NCBI GenBank assembly: GCA_963668175.1
Contig: OY764159.1
Coordinates: forward strand, 704,001-768,000
Length of the DNA stretch: 64,000 nucleotides
From: Syntrophales bacterium
GTDB lineage: Bacteria; Desulfobacterota; Syntrophia; Syntrophales; PHBD01
Reading direction: 5' to 3'
Positions 57,571-64,000 of this stretch are shown piece by piece. The translations under genes and the position numbers were made by a program. Numbering within the stretch: position 1 is the stretch's first letter; the number at the start of each line of letters is the position of its first letter. Under the pieces are notes generated by a model, which saw nothing but the letters and a program-made list of their open reading frames with translations, ran no database searches and was not told the origin of the DNA.

Positions 57571-57670
57571 AAAAACGAATCCAATTGTCTGTACCGGACT
57601 CCCTTAGCAATGTCGCCGGACATTGTCAAGGAGATTTTCGTCTTTCCTCTTAATCGGAATCAATCCGGCA

Positions 57671-58597
57671 TCATGTCTCGCCGCCGGTCGGCCCGAAAGG
57701 CATTTCTTTTTCGAAATCGGGAACCAGGTTGTTGTCGTCGACATCCTGGCAGAATATCGTTTCGAAGCCAAGGTCCAGGGCAAACCGGACGACCCGGTCG
57801 TACTCGTCGGAGCTGATCCTGCGTCCCAGTTGCGGGTGATGCCGTTGGGACGCCATGGGGGTGTACTGGGACATAATGCTCAGAGGCACCGTGGTGGCAA
57901 TGTGTTTCCTGATAAGCGTGAGGACATCGAAACTGTTTGCGATCATGTCCGGCAGGATAAGATGGCGGATGATGATGCCTCGTTTGGCAATATCGTCGAC
58001 CGTTTCAAGTTTGTCCCCGACCTGTCGCACCATTTCCCCGATGGACGCCAAGGCGTAGCGGACGTAATCTTGAGCACCCGAGAGCGATTCCGCCAGACGC
58101 CCATCCGCATACTTGAAATCGGGCATGTAGATGTCCACCCTGTTTTCCAGGAGTTTCACGATTTCCGGGTCTTCGTAACCCCCGCAATTATAAACCAGCG
58201 GGACAGTAAGCCCGCGGCTCCGTGCCTCGCTCAGCGCCTCCATGACCTGAGGCATCTGGGGCGTAGGGGTGACCAGTTCGATATTGTGGCAGCCCTGTTC
58301 CTGCAGGGCGAGCATGATGCCGCTCAAGGCTTCGGGGTCGATTCGCTTTCCGACGGCATGGTGGCTGATCTGGTGATTCTGGCAATAGATGCATCTTAAG
58401 TTGCAGGACGACAGAAAGATGGTTCCGGCACCCGCTGTTCCGGAGATGGGCGGTTCTTCGCCGTGATGAAGGACTGCGCAATGAATCAGGATGTCATCGG
58501 CAAGGCCGCAAAAGCCCGTCTCTCCCTTCGTTCTGTCCACACGGCAGTGTCGGGGGCAGAGTCGGCAGCGGGAAAGGAGATCGGATAAATGACGCAT
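57671..58597 (-). CDS. Radical SAM Fe-S protein, PflX-like
   Basis: CRLCPRHCRVDR...GFCG, HHGEEPPISG, CNLRCIYCQN, YMPDFKY, IRHLILP. Confidence 0.88.
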   Translation of the reverse strand: MRHLSDLLSRCRLCPRHCRVDRTKGETGFCGLADDILIHCAVLHHGEEPPISGTAGAGTIFLSSCNLRCIYCQNHQISHHAVGKRIDPEALSGIMLALQEQGCHNIELVTPTPQMPQVMEALSEARSRGLTVPLVYNCGGYEDPEIVKLLENRVDIYMPDFKYADGRLAESLSGAQDYVRYALASIGEMVRQVGDKLETVDDIAKRGIIIRHLILPDMIANSFDVLTLIRKHIATTVPLSIMSQYTPMASQRHHPQLGRRISSDEYDRVVRFALDLGFETIFCQDVDDNNLVPDFEKEMPFGPTGGET

Positions 58598-58635
58598 GTT
58601 ACGTATATAGGCAAGGATTGAAGCGGTCTCCGGAC

Positions 58636-59703
58636 TCAGAGCCGTTCCACAAGGTGGCGGATTTTGCCGCTTTCAACACACTCCAGAAACTCAACGCCGA
58701 AATGGGCGGAGAGTTTCACCGCCTGGGTCCAGTTCTTGATGCGCGTGGCCGGGTCATCGATGAAGGTCACGATGTCGTCCCTGTCCGGGACCTTCTCTCC
58801 CGGTAACCGGCTGATGAAGGGTTCCGAGGGGTAGATCATGAGGACGTTGTCCATACTGTCTTCCGGCGGGCGGCGTTTTTTCAGCCGTTTATCGAGCCAG
58901 CCGGGGATGATGCGCTCCTGGTGGTGGAAGAACAGAGTGATCTCGTCAAGCTTCTGCGTGTAGTTGTTGGATATGTTGTAGTCTATGAGGCCGCCGTCCC
59001 GGTAGATGCCTTTCGGCGCCCCATAGATGTCCCGAACGCCCGAGACCAAGAGGGGAATCGCCCCCGAGGCCGTAACCGCCGCTTTAAAATTGGTTTGGTT
59101 GAGGGCGATATAACGCCCCCGGAATTCCGGCTTAAAGCAGAAATAGGGGGGTTTGGCCCCGTTGTAAAAGACGATCCGTTCGGCAAAGCGATAGAGGTTG
59201 GAACGGCTTGCCGCGTTCAAGAGGAAGCAGAGACCCAGGCCCAGCCGCTGCAGCCATCCCACTTCCGATGCCAGGAGATTCTTGGCCCTGGCCGTTATGA
59301 TACCGAGACGGAAGTGGTTGTTCGTAAGGGCGAAGGGGATGGCGTCGTCTTCGATGTAAGCGTTGATGATCCCTTCCAGGGTGCGCAGGATGGTGGCCGG
59401 CTTGTCTTTTCTGCTGTAGGACGCACTGATGTACGCCTCGATCAGGGAGCGATAACTTTTCTCCGGTTCCGGCTGCATCAAGGCGGCGAGGCGCCAGGCG
59501 CCGGCGGAGGCCCCGATGAGCCAGACCAGGTTGGAACGTCCGAGGACGCCGTATTTGATCAGCGCCAGATCGAACCCGCTGCTGATCAGCCAGCGTGGAC
59601 CGACGGCCGGCGCGAAGTAGGTCCGCACGCGGTCCATGGTAAATCCGCCGTCCCGGATAATTTCGTAGGCGCGTTTTCCGGCCCGTATGTGCAGGTCGTC
59701 CAT
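58636..59703 (-). CDS. Patatin-like (FabD/lysophospholipase-like) hypothetical protein
   Basis: GASAG nucleophile motif, ASGAIP, YRDGG. Confidence 0.75.
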   Translation of the reverse strand: MDDLHIRAGKRAYEIIRDGGFTMDRVRTYFAPAVGPRWLISSGFDLALIKYGVLGRSNLVWLIGASAGAWRLAALMQPEPEKSYRSLIEAYISASYSRKDKPATILRTLEGIINAYIEDDAIPFALTNNHFRLGIITARAKNLLASEVGWLQRLGLGLCFLLNAASRSNLYRFAERIVFYNGAKPPYFCFKPEFRGRYIALNQTNFKAAVTASGAIPLLVSGVRDIYGAPKGIYRDGGLIDYNISNNYTQKLDEITLFFHHQERIIPGWLDKRLKKRRPPEDSMDNVLMIYPSEPFISRLPGEKVPDRDDIVTFIDDPATRIKNWTQAVKLSAHFGVEFLECVESGKIRHLVERL

Positions 59704-59813
59704 ATGATTAAGTCGTTTGTACGGCTATCCGCTTCAAGCGAAGATGGCTTCTCCCGGAACGATAACCTTGCCACACCACAGTTTTAAAATATCCTCAAGT
59801 TTCCCGATTGACC

Positions 59814-59842
59814 TTGACACAAAACAGTGCATTTTGTACAGT
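59814..59842 (+). promoter_or_regulatory. Candidate sigma-70 promoter for proA-nadD
   Basis: TTGACA-17 nt (ending TG)-TACAGT. Confidence 0.55.
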
Positions 59843-60004
59843 GCCAATGTCGAGAATCTTTAATAACAATGCCGCCGACACATGTCTTGCATCGTCAAGA
59901 TGGCGGTTCATACACAAACACGGCGGGCTTTGTCAATCTCAATTGTTAAGCGGCCGTCGCGGCCCGCACATGATGGCCGGCGGAGTGAAAGAAAAGGATC
60001 GAGC

Positions 60005-61261
60005 GTGGACATCAAGAAAGAAGTCATCGAAATTGCGAAAAATGCCCGCCAGGCGGCGGGTATACTCTCCCGTCTATCTGCCGATGTGAAGAACGAGGCA
60101 TTGCGGCACATGGCGGACGCGCTCGTCCGCCACACAACTTTCCTGTTGGCCGAAAACGTCAAAGATACGGAACGCGCCGCGGCGTCGGGCCTCCCTGCGG
60201 CCATGATCGACCGGTTGACCCTGAAGCAAGAGACGATAGAGATGATCGCCAAGGGATTGGTTGAAGTTGCCGACCTGCCCGATCCCGTAGGGAAGGTGAC
60301 TTCCATGTGGCGGAGGCCCAATGGCCTCCTTGTCGGCAGGATGCAGATACCGCTTGGTGTCATCGGTATTATTTACGAATCCCGTCCGAACGTGACGGCC
60401 GATGCCGCCGCACTCTGCCTCAAATCGGGCAATGCCGTCATCCTGAGGGGCGGCTCGGAGGCGATTCATTCCAATGTGGCCATAGCCAAAATTCTTCAGG
60501 ACGTTCTCAAGAAGCTGGATATGCCGGTTGCGGCCATCCAGGTCATCCCCGTGACCGAGCGGGAGGCCGTCTACGAGATGCTGCAACTGGAGGAGTACAT
60601 CGATTTGATCATCCCCAGAGGCGGCGAAGATCTGATCAGGGCGGTCGTGAACCAGTCCAAGATACCCGTGATCAAACATTATAAAGGTGTCTGCCATATC
60701 TTCGTCGATGCCAGCGCCGATCTCGACATGGCTTACGGTATCTGCCTGAATGCGAAAGTCCAGCGTCCCGGCGTCTGCAACGCCATGGAGACGCTCCTCG
60801 TTCATAAAGATGTGGCGCCCCGTTTCCTGCCGGCGATGGCGCGGAAGTTCAAGGATGCAGGAGTCGTCCTGAAAGGCTGCCCGGCCGCACGGAAGATCCT
60901 GCCGGAGGTCGAAGAAGCCGCCGAAGAAGACTGGCCTAGGGAATATCTGGATCTGATCCTCTCCGTCCGGGTCGTTTCCGGCATCGAGGAGGCCATGGCT
61001 CATATAGAAAAATACGGATCGCTTCATACGGAAGCGATCCTGACCAGCGACTATGCTAATGCTCAGCGATTTTTGAACGAGGTTAATTCTTCGACCGTAT
61101 TGGTGAACGCCTCGACACGGTTCAGCGACGGTTTTGAATTGGGACTGGGGGCGGAAATCGGTATCAGCACGACCAAGCTTCATGCCTTTGGTCCCATGGG
61201 CCTGGAAGAATTGACTACCAGGAAATTTATCATCTACGGAAACGGACAGGTGCGCGTATGA
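60005..61261 (+). CDS. proA: Gamma-glutamyl phosphate reductase
   Basis: [62 protein letters not shown] start at 60005. Confidence 0.95.
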   Translation: MDIKKEVIEIAKNARQAAGILSRLSADVKNEALRHMADALVRHTTFLLAENVKDTERAAASGLPAAMIDRLTLKQETIEMIAKGLVEVADLPDPVGKVTSMWRRPNGLLVGRMQIPLGVIGIIYESRPNVTADAAALCLKSGNAVILRGGSEAIHSNVAIAKILQDVLKKLDMPVAAIQVIPVTEREAVYEMLQLEEYIDLIIPRGGEDLIRAVVNQSKIPVIKHYKGVCHIFVDASADLDMAYGICLNAKVQRPGVCNAMETLLVHKDVAPRFLPAMARKFKDAGVVLKGCPAARKILPEVEEAAEEDWPREYLDLILSVRVVSGIEEAMAHIEKYGSLHTEAILTSDYANAQRFLNEVNSSTVLVNASTRFSDGFELGLGAEIGISTTKLHAFGPMGLEELTTRKFIIYGNGQVRV

Positions 61262-61905
61262 AATGGGGTTTGTTGGGTGGAACGTTTGATCCGCTGCATA
61301 TCGGACATTTGCGGTGTGCGGTGGAGGTACTGGAAATTTTTAATTTAAATCGGATCCTCTTTCTGCCGGCCGCCAGGCCGCCCCATAAACTGGATGCCGA
61401 TATCACCTCGTTTTTCCACCGGGAACAGATGATCCGGTCGGCCATTGAAGGGAATCCCTCCTTCTCCTTTTGCGATGTCGAAAACCAGCGGGCGACGACT
61501 TCCTATTCGGTAGAAACCGTGGAGCATATCCTGAAGACGTACATGGAAAACCTGGAACTATACTTCATTCTGGGTCAGGATGCCTTTCATGCCATTCAGA
61601 CGTGGAAAGACTGGGAGAGATTGCTCTTGATGTGCAATTTTGTCGTCATGACGCGACCGGGGTATGAAAACAAGGGCCTTTCCGCCATCCTCCCCGCCGA
61701 ATTTGCATCCCGGTTCCATTACGACCAGGCGAGCAACGGATTCAAAGGGCCGACCAATCATACGATTTTCTTCCGGGAAGTCACTTTTCTCGACATTTCC
61801 TCGAGCGATATCCGGAAAAGGGCCAGAGAGGGCAAATCCATCGCCTACCTGGTGCCGGACGGCGTGAGGCACTATATCGCGAAGAATATGCTCTATAAAG
61901 ACTGA
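61258..61905 (+). CDS. nadD: Nicotinate-nucleotide adenylyltransferase
   Basis: [28 protein letters not shown]. Confidence 0.93.
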   Translation: MKWGLLGGTFDPLHIGHLRCAVEVLEIFNLNRILFLPAARPPHKLDADITSFFHREQMIRSAIEGNPSFSFCDVENQRATTSYSVETVEHILKTYMENLELYFILGQDAFHAIQTWKDWERLLLMCNFVVMTRPGYENKGLSAILPAEFASRFHYDQASNGFKGPTNHTIFFREVTFLDISSSDIRKRAREGKSIAYLVPDGVRHYIAKNMLYKD

Positions 61906-61977
61906 TTATTGATTTGCCTGCGGCGTCAAGGGTGTGCGTCGCGGAAGCTGCAAAAAATTCATTTTCCGAGGTCAACT

Positions 61978-62307
61978 ATGCCGAATGATTTTCCCGGACA
62001 ATACGACGGCGTGAGCGTGATTTGCAAAGCGAATATCTATTTTGACGGCAAGGTCGTCAGCCATTCGGTTCTCTTTCCGGACGGCAGCAAGAAAACCCTC
62101 GGCCTCATCTTTCCGGGCCACTTCCTATTCAATACCGATGCACCGGAACGGATGGACATCACCGCCGGGGCCTGCAAGGTCAAGCTGGCAGGCGAGGAGC
62201 GGTGGAATGTCTATCAGGCGGGGATGTCTTTTAAGGTCCCCGGCAAATCGTCCTTCGAGATCACCGTGAGCGACGGCGTTGCCGAATATGTATGCTCATA
62301 CGAATGA
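61978..62307 (+). CDS. ppnP: Pyrimidine/purine nucleoside phosphorylase (DUF1255/YaiE)
   Basis: [28 protein letters not shown]. Confidence 0.85.
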   Translation: MPNDFPGQYDGVSVICKANIYFDGKVVSHSVLFPDGSKKTLGLIFPGHFLFNTDAPERMDITAGACKVKLAGEERWNVYQAGMSFKVPGKSSFEITVSDGVAEYVCSYE

Positions 62308-62343
62308 GCCGAATAGTCCTTCATTAACGGAGGCGACAGTGTC

Positions 62344-62622
62344 ATGTTGACGATCAGTCCGGAGGCCCGTCGTTACGCCCTTGAGAAAGGGGCATCGTTG
62401 TTCCTCGAATATCTCACAGTGAACAACTGCTGTATCCCATTTCAGACGGAGCCGTCCGTCCGGTACGGCAAACCTCACGATCCGGAACATTATCAGAAAG
62501 CGGAAATCGAAGGTATCGACGTCTACATTCCGCTGGACTTGCCGGATGTTCCTCTAGCAATAGAATTGAATACGTTCATTGGATTGAAAAGACTGGTCGT
62601 TACCGGCTGGCGTCATGCCTGA
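62344..62622 (+). CDS. CC/Se-motif family, HesB-like small redox protein (Cys form)
   Basis: ISPEARRY...NNCCIP...PSVRYGKP...EGIDVYIP...LVVTGW. Confidence 0.7.
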   Translation: MLTISPEARRYALEKGASLFLEYLTVNNCCIPFQTEPSVRYGKPHDPEHYQKAEIEGIDVYIPLDLPDVPLAIELNTFIGLKRLVVTGWRHA

Positions 62623-62725
62623 GGGAGGATGACCCAAGCAAAGAATCCTGAGTCCCGCTATCATGCTCATCTGATCGGCAAATCGGGGGGGGTGCGCTGA
62701 AGCGAAGATAGAGACGGGAGGTTAT

Positions 62726-63574
62726 ATGACAGGGGAACAAGGGGATGTCTTTCATCTCATAGAAAAGATCGACAGGGTTATGGCCGGGAAGATCCGCATG
62801 GACACGCTCGGCGATGCCGTTTTTGAAACGCTCGATAATGTGAATGCCAGCCGGAAATCCATCGAGGCGATTCAGTCCATGATCAGCAACGATATTCTGG
62901 CCCGGCTTTTCTCTTTCGCCAACTCGTCCTATCTGGGAAGCTTAAGGCACGGGAAGGCCTCCAATTTTTTTGACGTGGTCAGCCGCCTCGGTCTGAGCCG
63001 TACGAAGACCCTCATCGTAACCCTGGCGAGCTATCACCAGTGCCAAAACGACCCGGACATCGAGTTAATCTTTGCTAAATCTTATGCAACGTCGATCATG
63101 GCCCAGATCCTGGCGGGCCAGGCGGGATTCCGGGACGAAGCAATCAAAAAAGCCGAATTGAGCGGTCTGTTCCTGGAAATCGGCAAGAAGACCTTGCTCC
63201 TTTATAAGAAGATATACGCCGACGAGCGTGAGCGGCTGGATGATGAATTCATCGATGCCTATCACCCTTACCTGGGGGAGATGATCGTCCGTCGTTACGG
63301 TCTGCCCGATTATCTGAAGACAGTGATCCTGGCGAGGATGGTCATCATGGAGGAGAATCAGATTTCCCTGATAGGGATTGTCCGGATGGCCCACGATATG
63401 GTGGAAACCAGTTTTAGGAAATACCAGAACCGGCTGGTGGTCAAATGCCAGACGCCGCGGCCGGCCACGGATGTAACAAGGACCCTTGAGGCCATCATGG
63501 CGGACCGGTTCAAAGCAGTCGGCCTGGAAAAATACCTGCACATCATCAGAATTCCCAGAATATACGATATTTGA
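62726..63574 (+). CDS. HDOD-domain protein (degenerate HD)
   Basis: ARLFSFANS, VSRLG, GLFLEIGK (HD replaced by LE), HPYLG...YGLP. Confidence 0.8.
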   Translation: MTGEQGDVFHLIEKIDRVMAGKIRMDTLGDAVFETLDNVNASRKSIEAIQSMISNDILARLFSFANSSYLGSLRHGKASNFFDVVSRLGLSRTKTLIVTLASYHQCQNDPDIELIFAKSYATSIMAQILAGQAGFRDEAIKKAELSGLFLEIGKKTLLLYKKIYADERERLDDEFIDAYHPYLGEMIVRRYGLPDYLKTVILARMVIMEENQISLIGIVRMAHDMVETSFRKYQNRLVVKCQTPRPATDVTRTLEAIMADRFKAVGLEKYLHIIRIPRIYDI

Positions 63575-63673
63575 TGCCATCGACAGATGATCGATGAGGG
63601 CGTGGCGACCACCATGCCTTTTCCCTTTTCAGCCGCGGCGGGAGGAAAGAATCCGCAGGAAAGCAGGGGCGTC

Positions 63674-64000
63674 CTAAGGTTTAGGCCAGAGGATCATCTG
63701 GGTACAACGGAAGAGGCAGAGCTTATGGTCCGTTTCCTCCGCCTTCACCGTGGCGTCCCAGACCTGGATATGACGGCCGGACTGGACGAGTTCGGCCTCG
63801 CAGGTGATGCCTCCTTCCCGGACGGTACCCAGAAAGTTGCACTTGAGTTCGACGGTGGTAAAGAGCGAGGCCCCGTCCGGCAAATGGGCCACGGTGCCCA
63901 TGCCGCAGCACGTATCGGCGAGGGCGACGATCGTGGCGGCATGAAGGAAGCCGTGGGGGGCCATCAGGGATTGCTGTACCTTCAATCGGCCATTAATGGC
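63674..64000 (-). CDS. PaaI-family hotdog thioesterase, C-terminal part (start outside window)
   Basis: PHGFLHAATIVALADT, TTVELKCNFL, GRHIQVW; frame is open to the window edge. Confidence 0.85.
   Translation of the reverse strand, partial: AINGRLKVQQSLMAPHGFLHAATIVALADTCCGMGTVAHLPDGASLFTTVELKCNFLGTVREGGITCEAELVQSGRHIQVWDATVKAEETDHKLCLFRCTQMILWPKP

Noticed and set aside
59882..61905. proA-nadD without proB or rsfS as a notable rearrangement
   Set aside because: Ordinary gene-order variation; the missing genes may lie elsewhere in the genome.
1..64000. CRISPR arrays, tRNA/rRNA genes, transposases, integrases, prophage genes
   Set aside because: No regularly spaced repeats, cloverleaf-like sequences or mobile-element motifs were seen by eye.

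Overview
Gene-dense window from an anaerobic bacterium. The gene content (butyrate/acyl-CoA beta-oxidation genes, sigma-54 two-component system, tungstate binding protein, YedF module) suggests a syntrophic Desulfobacterota (Syntrophales-like) organism; this is inference only. I found no tRNA, rRNA, CRISPR array or mobile element. Main blocks: (1) 1-13 kb: partial tupA, 5'-nucleotidase, Pat-type acyl-CoA synthetase/GNAT, peroxiredoxin, cysteine desulfurase-yedF-DUF3343, PAS hybrid kinase plus NtrC-type regulator with a candidate sigma-54 target; (2) about 16-33.7 kb: a dissociated (type II) FAS/PKS-like lipid gene cluster with 3 ACPs, 3 ketosynthases, 2 dehydratases, a thioesterase, a PlsC acyltransferase, an FAD desaturase/saturase, a deacetylase-methyltransferase fusion and five radical SAM enzymes (three B12-binding plus a tandem paralogous pair). 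It resembles ladderane-candidate/aryl-polyene-like clusters and is the best candidate for an undescribed system; (3) copZ-copA; (4) an rsbV-rsbW-GNAT-rsbU partner-switching operon; (5) acyl-CoA catabolic genes flanking a YcaO with no adjacent TfuA; (6) ilvBNCD with an unlisted Ile-rich leader peptide and a full attenuator; (7) proA-nadD-ppnP and neighbours. All product calls rest on motif recognition by eye, not database searches.
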